Of a stretch of DNA of 64,000 nucleotides, positions 1 through 8,100 are shown in pieces. Within the stretch, counting starts at the first letter, position 1. Each line of letters begins with the position of its first letter. The position numbers and the translations under genes are program-made. Below the pieces are notes generated by a model. That model saw only the letters and a program-made list of their open reading frames with translations, searched no databases and was not told where the DNA came from. The stretch is from an uncultured Verrucomicrobiota bacterium (GTDB taxonomy: Bacteria > Verrucomicrobiota > Kiritimatiellia > RZYC01). The DNA lies in assembly GCA_964490935.1 (NCBI GenBank), contig CAZBEO010000005.1, forward strand, positions 7,040 through 71,039, written 5' to 3'.

Positions 1-2
1 GG

Positions 3-326
3 GATGCTGAAGGAATTGAATCGGCCAGACAACGCGTGCTCAAGCGGCTCCAGGCGTCCGGCTTCCCCGATTTCGAACATGAAATTGTGGTTTCCGATGT
101 CTGGACACCTGCGCGGATGGAACAAACCTATGATATGCCGGGCGGTGCAATCTATGGCCGCAACTCCCATGGGAAAAAGAATGCATTTATTCGTCCCTTT
201 AACAAGGACCTGCGTTTTAAAGGCATGTATTTTGTTGGGGGAAGTACGCATCCGGGCGGAGGAACCCCGACCGTACTGATGTCGGCTCGCATTACAGGCA
301 ACCTTATTGAAAAAAATGAACGATAA
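3..326 (+). CDS. Phytoene desaturase family (CrtI/CrtD/CrtN-like) carotenoid desaturase, C-terminal fragment (5' end outside window)
   Basis: In-frame translation from nt 3 has no upstream stop. C-terminal peptide ...FKGMYFVGGSTHPGGGTPTVLMSARITGNLI matches the conserved C-terminal FAD-binding motif of CrtI-family desaturases. Confidence 0.8.
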   Translation, partial: DAEGIESARQRVLKRLQASGFPDFEHEIVVSDVWTPARMEQTYDMPGGAIYGRNSHGKKNAFIRPFNKDLRFKGMYFVGGSTHPGGGTPTVLMSARITGNLIEKNER

Positions 327-1071
327 AATTAAAATCTGGATAAAGAGGGGGGCGGTTGCCTTTTACGCAATGCTCTGGATCGGCGGGGTCATCAGTTACG
401 TACTCTGGGGAGAGCCTCCGGAAAATGTTACATGGACCGCTCCAACCTTTCTCTGGCTGGCCGCCCTGTTGGTTCTGATGGCGGTTCCTAAACGGGAACA
501 AGGAATTCTTGTCGGCTGTGCGTTGGCCGGCTATCTGGTTGAGGTTTCGGGCGTGCATACCGGATTTCCCTTCGGAGGGTATGCCTATACAGACGTGCTG
601 TATCCACTGGTATTCGGCACCCCGATTGTTATGGGAGCCGCGTGGGTGATTCTGCTGGCGTATACTCGCCATCTCATCCCTAAATGGCCCTTCGACCGCT
701 TCTCAGCCGCCGCTCTGGGAGCACTCTGGATGGTGGCCATTGATCTGGTGATTGACCCGCTGGCGGCAGGACCTCTCGCCTATTGGGTATGGGATCATCC
801 CCATGGATATTACGGCGTTCCGTTGAGTAATTTTTTCGGTTGGTGGATTACCGCATTTTTAATCCTGCTGTTTTATGCCGCACCGACATCGAAGTCCGTT
901 GCTGTATTAAGAACGGGATTGAGTACCGTGCTCTTCTTTACGATTCTTGCGTTGGTTCACCAAATGTGGATTCCGACGTTTGCGGGACTGAGCCTTGTTG
1001 CGGTACATCTTTTGACTCAGCGGGCGCGCGTTCTTCAGTCTCCTCATCGGCCAGAAGAGCGTCCACAATAA
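316..1071 (+). CDS. Polytopic membrane protein in carotenoid cluster (carotenoid-biosynthesis-associated membrane protein, DUF422/Caroten_synth-like guess)
   Basis: 254-aa ORF (ATG at 316) with about 7 hydrophobic helices, sited between a desaturase and crtB. No diagnostic catalytic motif recognised. Confidence 0.45.
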   Translation: MNDKIKIWIKRGAVAFYAMLWIGGVISYVLWGEPPENVTWTAPTFLWLAALLVLMAVPKREQGILVGCALAGYLVEVSGVHTGFPFGGYAYTDVLYPLVFGTPIVMGAAWVILLAYTRHLIPKWPFDRFSAAALGALWMVAIDLVIDPLAAGPLAYWVWDHPHGYYGVPLSNFFGWWITAFLILLFYAAPTSKSVAVLRTGLSTVLFFTILALVHQMWIPTFAGLSLVAVHLLTQRARVLQSPHRPEERPQ

Positions 1072-1543
1072 CATAACAGGCTTCTAACTTTTTTTCGGAT
1101 GCCGCCCCAGAAGTCCGAAAAGTCACCATTCCGTCTTTGGTAATAATGAAAATATCAGCGACCTTGGGTTTGTAACTGAGCGCCTCACAGATTTCTCCGC
1201 TCCAATCCATCATGACCGGATAATCGATTCCACTTTTGAATAGCCCGCGAATCATCGGTTTCAATAATCCCGGAACGCCCTTCAGATTGGCGATGCCACA
1301 GATATCAACCTGATCGGTATAGCGTTTATAAAAAGGAGTAACCCAGTCTTCCAACTGATCCGAACCTTTTCGATCAGCCAACGCAAAGATGCTTGCCCGG
1401 CTTTTGGGAAAGACCTGTTCATGCGTTTTCTTGAACTGGTCATCCAACACGAAGTCTTTAACCTGCATTTGATTGGCGACTGAATGCTGCACTGGTTTAT
1501 CGCCAAATGAGGCGCATACCAGTAGTAGAAAATAAAAGAGCAT
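938..1543 (-). CDS. Secreted thioredoxin-fold-like protein lacking CxxC (YtfJ-like guess)
   Basis: N-terminal signal peptide MLFYFLLLVCASFG. Mixed alpha/beta composition. Its 3' end overlaps the convergent upstream membrane-protein ORF by about 130 bp. Confidence 0.4.
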   Translation of the reverse strand: MLFYFLLLVCASFGDKPVQHSVANQMQVKDFVLDDQFKKTHEQVFPKSRASIFALADRKGSDQLEDWVTPFYKRYTDQVDICGIANLKGVPGLLKPMIRGLFKSGIDYPVMMDWSGEICEALSYKPKVADIFIITKDGMVTFRTSGAASEKKLEACYVIVDALLADEETEERAPAESKDVPQQGSVPQTSESTFGEPTQES

Positions 1544-1662
1544 ATGTTTATAGCGAACAATCATGGTGAATTTCATCCTTCTTTCCTGATTAAGTCTAGC
1601 TATACTAATTCGTAGATCGCCTTTTGCAAGACGAACATGAATAAAGCGGGAGTTACTAAAAC

Positions 1663-2655
1663 ATGGCTAAACATGAATGGACGCTGGACGAATGGAAAGA
1701 TCTTGAAGCCGAGATCAATGTGAACTTAAAAGCCAGCACCACAGATTCTGATGCTCGGAAGGTCATCACACGGCATGCCCGTCATGTAATGAGAAACTAT
1801 ACAACCGGTTTTTTCATCGTGAGTCGTTTTTTGCCAAAGATCAAACGAGATGATGTCGAGCTCATCTACGCCGCAGTCCGCTATCCCGACGAGGTCGTCG
1901 ATACCTTTCCTATTTCTGACGAAAAGAAACGGGAACTTTTGACCCGTTGGAGAACGGCTTATGCAGAGGCCATGCAATCCGAGTCAATAACCAGTAATCT
2001 TGGCAAAGATATTCCACCGTTCATCGCGGCATTTGCTGACCTGGCCAAACGGCACAAGATACCGGCAGAACACTATGTATCTTTTCTGGATGCCATGCAG
2101 TTCGACATTGCTCCTCAACCATTTGAAACGCTCGATGACTTGATTGATAAGTACATTTACGGCAGCGCCATTGTGGTGGGTTATTTTTTAACCTATGTAT
2201 ACTCTGCCTCATCACCGGGTGCATTTGATGACGCCTTAGAAAGTGCCCGCAATCTGGGTATCGGCCTTCAACTGACCAACTTTCTGAGGGATATTCAGGA
2301 CGATGCGCGGCGCGGGCGCGTCTACCTGCCACAGGACCTGCTACGGGCCCATGGCATTCATCAGTTCAACCCGGAAGATACTGAACAGCAGGTTCTCCTG
2401 AAATCGGTTGTTAAAGCAATGACCCATATTGCGGATACCTATTACGAAAAATCTTTCCAGACCCTGAATGCCTTTCATCCAGACAGCCGGATTGCCATAA
2501 AAGCCTGCATCGATGTGTATCGGATGCTCAACACTCGGATCGCCGAAAGTGATCTGGGGATCAACCACCGGGAAAGCGTTCCCATGATGGAAAAACTCAA
2601 ACCCCTGCCAGCGAGCAAATTCTGGAGAATTCCGCTGGCGTATATGGTGCCTTAA
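1663..2655 (+). CDS. crtB: Phytoene synthase (squalene/phytoene synthase family)
   Basis: Motifs YGSAIVVGYFLTYVY and LGIGLQLTNFLRDIQDDARRGRVYLPQDLL are the conserved Asp-rich and substrate regions of CrtB/CrtM. ATG start, 330 aa. Confidence 0.9.
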   Translation: MAKHEWTLDEWKDLEAEINVNLKASTTDSDARKVITRHARHVMRNYTTGFFIVSRFLPKIKRDDVELIYAAVRYPDEVVDTFPISDEKKRELLTRWRTAYAEAMQSESITSNLGKDIPPFIAAFADLAKRHKIPAEHYVSFLDAMQFDIAPQPFETLDDLIDKYIYGSAIVVGYFLTYVYSASSPGAFDDALESARNLGIGLQLTNFLRDIQDDARRGRVYLPQDLLRAHGIHQFNPEDTEQQVLLKSVVKAMTHIADTYYEKSFQTLNAFHPDSRIAIKACIDVYRMLNTRIAESDLGINHRESVPMMEKLKPLPASKFWRIPLAYMVP

Positions 2656-2657
2656 TT

Positions 2658-4145
2658 ATGAGAACAGAACGTACAGATCAAAAAGCGCTGGTGATCGGCG
2701 GGGGCTTAGGTGGCCTGAGTGCCGCCATACATCTACAGCTCAAGGGCTTTGATGTTACCCTGCTGGAAAAAAACAAAACGGTGGGCGGGCGCGCCAATCG
2801 GATCGAAATAGAGGGATTCCATTTTGATACCGGCCCCTCCCTGCTCAACTATCCGTGGGTCTTTAAAGAACTGTTCGAAGCGGCCGGAAAAAAGATGACG
2901 GACTATATCAAGCTGATTCAGGTTGACCCATCCATCACCTTCCATTGGCCAGACCAGAAGACCTTTACCCTATCATCGCAGATCACCACCTTGATAAAAG
3001 AGTGCGAAAAAATGGAGCCCGGAGTAACATCAAAGCTATTCGCATTTCTCAGCGATGCAGAATGCAAATACCGCTTTTCATTCGACAAACTGGTGCTGAC
3101 CAATGAAGACAATCCAATCAAATGGGTACTCAGCCTGAAACCCAGTGAACTGTTAAAAATGGGGGTATGGCATTCGCTCAACAAGGAACTTTCGCGCTTT
3201 TTCAAAAGCTCCTACCTGTGCGAAGCATTTGGCTCCTACGCCATGTATCTCGGCGGCTCCCCGTGGGCACTTCCTGGTCTCTTTTCCATCTTGCCCTATG
3301 GCGAACTCGCCTATGGGCTCTGGCTTCCGGAAGGCGGTATTTACGGTATGGTTCAGGCTATTGAAAGGCTCGCGAAAGAGGTGGGTGTAAAAATTCAAAC
3401 AGAAACCGAGGTGAAAAGTATTACCACCAAGGACCGTATAGTTACCGGGGTAGAACTGCAGGACGGCACAGCCATCGCCTGCCCGATTGTTGTGTCCAAC
3501 GTCGATGTGCCGCAAACACAAGCCACCCTGCTCAATGATCCTCATTATAAAAAACCCAAGGTTCCCAGGATGACCTGCGGGGTAATCACACTCTACTGGG
3601 GCATTCGCCATCAATCCACCGGCCTGCCGCATCACTCCATCTTTCTGCCAAAAGACAGCCGGACCAGCTTTGGACAGTTGTTGAATGATGAAATAATTCC
3701 GGATGAAATCCCGTTTTATATCAGTCTGGCCTCGGAAACCGATGCTTCATTGGCTCCGGAAGGACATACTAGTGCCTTCGTACTTGCTCCAGTTCCACTG
3801 ATTTCACAGTGGGGCGAAGACTGGGATACCGCCATTGCATCCATCAAAACAAAAGTATTTGAGCGTCTTAAGCATCACGGCATTTCACTAACCGCGGAAG
3901 ACATTATCGTTGAACGGGTATGGACTCCGGTTGAATGGCGCGAGCAATACGGGCTGCATGACGGCTCCGCATTCGGTGCCGCCCATCATATGTTTGAAGT
4001 CGGCCCCTTCCGTTCCAAAAATTATGACAAGCAGCTTAAAGGGCTGTATTACGTCGGGGCCAGCACGACACCCGGCACCGGCATGCCCATGGTCGTACTC
4101 GGTGGAAAAATGACCGCAGAAAGAATCTGTTCCCATGTTTTGTAA
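2658..4145 (+). CDS. crtI: Phytoene desaturase family carotenoid desaturase (CrtI-like)
   Basis: N-terminal FAD fold LVIGGGLGGLSAAIHLQLKGFDVTLLEKNKTVGGR and C-terminal LYYVGASTTPGTGMPMVVLGGKMTAERI. 495 aa, 3 nt after crtB. Confidence 0.85.
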   Translation: MRTERTDQKALVIGGGLGGLSAAIHLQLKGFDVTLLEKNKTVGGRANRIEIEGFHFDTGPSLLNYPWVFKELFEAAGKKMTDYIKLIQVDPSITFHWPDQKTFTLSSQITTLIKECEKMEPGVTSKLFAFLSDAECKYRFSFDKLVLTNEDNPIKWVLSLKPSELLKMGVWHSLNKELSRFFKSSYLCEAFGSYAMYLGGSPWALPGLFSILPYGELAYGLWLPEGGIYGMVQAIERLAKEVGVKIQTETEVKSITTKDRIVTGVELQDGTAIACPIVVSNVDVPQTQATLLNDPHYKKPKVPRMTCGVITLYWGIRHQSTGLPHHSIFLPKDSRTSFGQLLNDEIIPDEIPFYISLASETDASLAPEGHTSAFVLAPVPLISQWGEDWDTAIASIKTKVFERLKHHGISLTAEDIIVERVWTPVEWREQYGLHDGSAFGAAHHMFEVGPFRSKNYDKQLKGLYYVGASTTPGTGMPMVVLGGKMTAERICSHVL

Positions 4146-4875
4146 AACCTACGGCAACGGCCCTCAGCTCTACCTGGCCTTTCACGGTTGGGCAGGAGAC
4201 CACCGCGAGTTTGCCGCCATAGCATCAAGGCTTCCCGAAGCCGCGACCTGGATCAGCGTAGACCTCCCCGGATATGGTGAATCTCCGACTCCGGCGGACT
4301 GGAGCGTCGCATCGATTATCCAGCAGATGGATGAGGAACTGGATGAGGTATATGAGCGCTATACCAACATCACACTGGTGGGTTTCTGCAGCGGCTCGAT
4401 TTTTGGTGTGGAACTAGCTAAAAGGCGCCCTGAGGCATTCAAGCGCATCGTTATGATCGATCCATTCGCCTTCCTTCCTTGGTACTTCCGTATTTTTACG
4501 CTGGGTGAATTCGGAAGGAGGGCCTATGCATCAACCTTCATGAGTGCCACAGGACGAAAAATAACAGACCGGATTCTTTCATCCATGCAGACATCCGATG
4601 CTGACTTCACCGCAGCCTTTAAAGATGCAGATCATGAGCTGATACAAAATTATCTCCGACTCTTCTCTCAACTGGACGGACCATCCGTCTTTTCAGCATT
4701 TGATATCGAGGTGGAAATTGCACTGGGTGAAAAAACCTTCGGAGCCGTCAAAAAATCGGTCAAGAAAATCAAACAGCAATGGCCCGAGGCTCCCGTTCAT
4801 GAACTGCTCCGCACAGGTCACCTGCCCCTGGTTAAAGGGGCTCGGGCATTGCGAAAAATTATCTTTACTCCATAA
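4135..4875 (+). CDS. Alpha/beta-fold hydrolase
   Basis: 246 aa. HGWAGD oxyanion region and nucleophile-elbow-like GFCSGS motif. Overlaps crtI end by 11 nt (operon). Its last ~15 codons are duplicated at 7205-7250. Confidence 0.7.
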   Translation: MFCKTYGNGPQLYLAFHGWAGDHREFAAIASRLPEAATWISVDLPGYGESPTPADWSVASIIQQMDEELDEVYERYTNITLVGFCSGSIFGVELAKRRPEAFKRIVMIDPFAFLPWYFRIFTLGEFGRRAYASTFMSATGRKITDRILSSMQTSDADFTAAFKDADHELIQNYLRLFSQLDGPSVFSAFDIEVEIALGEKTFGAVKKSVKKIKQQWPEAPVHELLRTGHLPLVKGARALRKIIFTP

Positions 4876-4880
4876 TTTTT
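4831..4880 (+). repeat. Left copy of ~50-bp imperfect direct repeat (3' end of hydrolase gene); candidate attL-like boundary
   Basis: CTGGTTAAAGGGGCTCGGGCATTGCGAAAAATTATCTTTACTCCATAATT matches 7201-7250 at about 45/50 positions. Confidence 0.8.
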
Positions 4881-4991
4881 CCAATGATTGGAACTTTTTT
4901 CAGTGAATCTTCCAATCATTGGAACTTTTCCGAGGCATTTTTCCAATGATTGGAAACTTTTTTAGCGTTTTTTCCAATGATTGGAAAACCG
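4877..4991. repeat. Tandem array of four imperfect palindromic units TTTTTCCAATGATTGGAAACTTTTTT, separated by 4-9 nt
   Basis: Units at 4877-4901, 4911-4932, 4939-4964 and 4969-4991. Each holds the inverted repeat TTCCAAT(G/C)ATTGGAA flanked by T-runs. Confidence 0.85.
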
Positions 4992-5010
4992 AATACAGAC
5001 CATTGCATCA

Positions 5011-5214
5011 TCATTTCTGATCCGGTTTCGATAAGTTTTCAGTAAGCAGGCGGCCATGGGGAGTCAACCGATACTTCTGCAAACGACTATTTGGTTTATC
5101 GGGAATAGTGTATTCGATAAGAACTCGGAGCATAGATAATGAATGGGCCCCCGGCTGGATCGATTCCACATACCGCCTAAATATCCCGGAAAACCAGCTT
5201 TCATCGATTTCCAT
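5011..5214 (-). CDS. Hypothetical small protein (67 aa) in islet
   Basis: ORF only. Low-GC context. No recognisable motif. Confidence 0.2.
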   Translation of the reverse strand: MEIDESWFSGIFRRYVESIQPGAHSLSMLRVLIEYTIPDKPNSRLQKYRLTPHGRLLTENLSKPDQK

Positions 5215-5261
5215 TTCAGCTTCTGTTTACGACCCCTATTCCTGTTAAAGTTATCGAAAAA

Positions 5262-5666
5262 TCATAGCAATAAATAATCCTGCAGGGTTGTTTTTCCGTA
5301 ACGAATCATGGCACTACTATCCTTGATTTGCTTAGCTACTCTAGCCATTAACACTTTCACACCAGGTGTTTTTTCTGGATCTGTCTGAGGCAATAAGCGA
5401 ACAGTTAAGCTTGTATTCTTTTGTGATAACTGAATAAAGAAACTCTGGTTTTTAGAGTTCTCAATAGCCAAAGAATCGATCAGAATTATGTTTCCTGTTG
5501 CATTGATATACTTCTCTCCAAGTTTGAGAATGCCAGTGTCTATTTTTAAGGTTAGCGGTTCTATCATTTGAAAGAGCTCTGTTGTTACTTTGGCTTGTTC
5601 AAGCACGACATGCGGCATAACTTTTTCTCCTTTGCATAATTTACTTTTTGAATTAATTTGTGACAT
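5262..5666 (-). CDS. Hypothetical protein (134 aa), low-GC orphan
   Basis: ORF in ~35% GC DNA. Lys/Ile/Asn-rich composition typical of foreign AT-rich genes. No recognisable domain. Confidence 0.4.
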   Translation of the reverse strand: MSQINSKSKLCKGEKVMPHVVLEQAKVTTELFQMIEPLTLKIDTGILKLGEKYINATGNIILIDSLAIENSKNQSFFIQLSQKNTSLTVRLLPQTDPEKTPGVKVLMARVAKQIKDSSAMIRYGKTTLQDYLLL

Positions 5667-5727
5667 CTAACGTACCCATCAACAATGTCGAGACATTAGT
5701 TTCCATCTGAATGGGCATGCTGTGCAG

Positions 5728-6246
5728 TCATATATTCCGGCTGTCATATGCCCAATGCAGAAGAGCCTGTCTCTGGATGGGTCTGCATCTCAAATCTCCT
5801 TTGCAGCAGTGTTTCTTGAGCTGGGCTATGTGGCGTGTCATGCCTTTCCATCGCTTAATTTGTCGCAGGTCATCTTCCGAACGCCTACCCATATAGTATC
5901 GACAGTACCACTGGAACCACCCCCGGGGATCTTGATCCCATATCCATCCCTTCTCAATCCAGTAGGAGAGCGGTTTAGAGGCTCTCACCTTGAAATAATT
6001 AAGTTCAAAGTCTGCGTGCGATGGTGACAGCTTTGCACTACGGAACCAAGATTCGGGAAACTCCTGGCGGCAATCTGTCATGTATTTTCCACCGAAGACA
6101 CCCATCTGCAGCATTTGTTGCGGCGTACGTTCAGGAGAAAAGTCAGGATGAAAACAGCGACCAGTAGGTTTGCTCAGCAAGTAACAATATCCTTGCTGCA
6201 TTCGGTCGTTTACAGTGATCTCTTTTGGTTTCATTTTTCTTGCCAC
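5728..6246 (-). CDS. Hypothetical Trp/Cys/Arg-rich protein (172 aa), orphan
   Basis: ORF co-oriented with 5262-5666 and 61 nt upstream of it. Distinct motifs GVFGGKYMTDC and GWIWDQDPRGWFQWYCRYYMGRR. No family confidently recognised. Confidence 0.45.
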   Translation of the reverse strand: MARKMKPKEITVNDRMQQGYCYLLSKPTGRCFHPDFSPERTPQQMLQMGVFGGKYMTDCRQEFPESWFRSAKLSPSHADFELNYFKVRASKPLSYWIEKGWIWDQDPRGWFQWYCRYYMGRRSEDDLRQIKRWKGMTRHIAQLKKHCCKGDLRCRPIQRQALLHWAYDSRNI

Positions 6247-6507
6247 ATTCTGAATGATGTCTCTTTTGTTTACGAAAAGACAAAACGGCAGTCAAGATCA
6301 TGTGTTGGCAAAATGGTATGAGTAATACAAGAGAAGAGAAAGAGGTCAGTCCCGGGTGTACTATTTAGGAGTTTTAAACCTGCCAAGGAAGGCACGAAAA
6401 GCGCATGCGGGAGCGGCTCATGTGATGAGAAATGTCTATTGGCATGGGGCTAATACGTAAAAATACAGCAGGTTGCAATCGTGCATTCAGGGGATTCAGT
6501 GGAGAAC

Positions 6508-7166
6508 TCAAGCGAAGAAACGCCTTCGGATCACGAGTAAGGCTGAGGTTCCGAGGAAAAGAAAAGATAGAGTCGCGGGTTCTGGTACCATGCCGACACT
6601 GCCGACACTGAGCTCATCGAGCTGCATAAAGAAATTGGCATCTTTAGCTCCATTGACATCCCAATGATTACCTTGAACAGTATAGCCGGTAATTGCCGAA
6701 AGATCTAAGCCTGCGGTGGTACCAGCCGTGGTGATATTCTCGTCACTGAAGTCGACCCATCCCGAACTGAAGGTGTCCTCATTAAAGAGGCTACTTGCAA
6801 AACTAAAATTTTCTTTCGTTCCATCTGCGTCGTAGAGGAGAATCTGAATCCACTCGGCTTCATTTCCCGAAAACAGGCGCACGGTGAGTTGCAGTGCATT
6901 ATTGCCCGATAGATCCAAAGATAATCCATTTGCATAGGCTCCGCCGCTGACCGTCAGAGTCCCGCAATAGATAGGACTTCCTGCCCGCAGACGGCACCAT
7001 CGGTAAAGGACCGAAACTGGGTTGGATTGGACCACGACGCATTCAACGCAGTAGAATACGCAGAGGTTAATGGATTTGTGTCAGAAAAATCGGCAATGAT
7101 TACACCAGCCTGAGATGCCAGACTACTCCAGAAAAAAACTAAACAAAGTACAACGAATCGATTCAT
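6508..7166 (-). pseudogene. PEP-CTERM sorting-domain surface protein, frameshifted
   Basis: ORF 6954-7166 supplies a signal peptide (MNRFVVLCLVFFWSSLASQA). ORF 6508-7035 in another frame supplies the body and the C-terminal VPEPATLSFLFLGTSALLVIRRR motif. The frames overlap at 6954-7035, implying a frameshift. Confidence 0.6.
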
Positions 7167-7200
7167 ATGAAAGTCCTACTTTAGGAAGTAATAACGGTCA

Positions 7201-7250
7201 AGTCCTGATTAAAGGGGCGCGGGCATTGCGGAAAATCATCTTTACTCAAT
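7201..7250 (+). repeat. Right copy of ~50-bp imperfect direct repeat; displaced duplicate of hydrolase 3' end (in frame it would read LIKGARALRKIIFTQ-stop); candidate attR-like boundary
   Basis: CTGATTAAAGGGGCGCGGGCATTGCGGAAAATCATCTTTACTCAATAATC matches 4831-4880. Confidence 0.8.
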
Positions 7251-7380
7251 AATCCCGCGACAATCACTTCAGAACAACTGCACCACACGTACGGCATTAA
7301 AATACTCGGTGGTGGTTGTAGCACCAGCAATGAACATCTGCAGTACTTAGTGAAGGACCAGTACTAATCCATAGGCATGT

Positions 7381-8100
7381 TCAGCAATCGGCACGACGCC
7401 CATCGCCAATAATAGCTAAACGAAAAGGCCATCTTTTCAGTATCCGAATATGTTTATGACCAGATAATTGACAAACCAATTGTTGCAGTTCACTTATCCG
7501 AAAAGCACGCCGAATCGATATGCAACCATCTGATGCAATGAAGCCTCTAGGAAATAATAATGGCGCAACCACCTTCCAAACGTAATAGCTGATTGCAGAC
7601 CGCCGTAAATCATCAAAAACAAAACGCCGCACATCACTCTGCATGAGGCCGTTCAGAAAAATTTTGATATCGGCATCTGGGAGATGATGGAGTAAGTGGT
7701 TGCCAAAGACATAGTCAAAGCCTGCCCATGCCTGGGGATCTAGTGCATCCGCATGTCGACAAATTACACCAGGATGATCAGCCAGCTGTTCTTGTGCAAA
7801 GGCCAGCACTACAGGATGAGAGTCAAGGGCTTCCACACATAGCGACAACCCTCTTTGATGCGCTTCTTCTACAAGCCACAATGCAATATCTCCACCACCA
7901 CAACCCACATCAAGAAGTCGGTACGAACGCGCTGGTTGACACGCCATATCATCCAACACCCATTTTGAAAGCAGGCTCCGATAATTTGAAAAATGCCGAT
8001 TCAACCTTTTAAAGTGCTGGAGTGTCTTTCGCAATTGTTCCGTATCACACTGAAGATCATCCATAGCCTCATCTAGTAAAGCTCGACACGTGAAGTTCAT
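7381..8100 (-). CDS. Class I SAM-dependent methyltransferase
   Basis: SAM motif I LLDVGCGGGDIALWL. Last gene of the PKS operon. Start chosen at the internal Met (MNFTC) abutting the upstream stop. Confidence 0.7.
   Translation of the reverse strand: MNFTCRALLDEAMDDLQCDTEQLRKTLQHFKRLNRHFSNYRSLLSKWVLDDMACQPARSYRLLDVGCGGGDIALWLVEEAHQRGLSLCVEALDSHPVVLAFAQEQLADHPGVICRHADALDPQAWAGFDYVFGNHLLHHLPDADIKIFLNGLMQSDVRRFVFDDLRRSAISYYVWKVVAPLLFPRGFIASDGCISIRRAFRISELQQLVCQLSGHKHIRILKRWPFRLAIIGDGRRADC

Larger units (their letters stand above)
4831..7250. mobile_element. Candidate degraded integrated islet: repeat-bounded ~2.4 kb insertion with a low-GC core (~35-47% GC versus ~58% flanks); no integrase present
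   Basis: Direct repeats at both ends, a palindrome array at the left end, a compositionally atypical core with orphan ORFs, and a frameshifted PEP-CTERM gene at the right end. Confidence 0.5.

Noticed and set aside
4877-4991. Possible CRISPR array (regularly spaced repeats)
   Set aside because: The repeats are AT-rich perfect palindromes of ~22-26 nt, the 'spacers' are only 4-9 nt, and no cas genes are present. It is an iteron/REP-like tandem array, not CRISPR.
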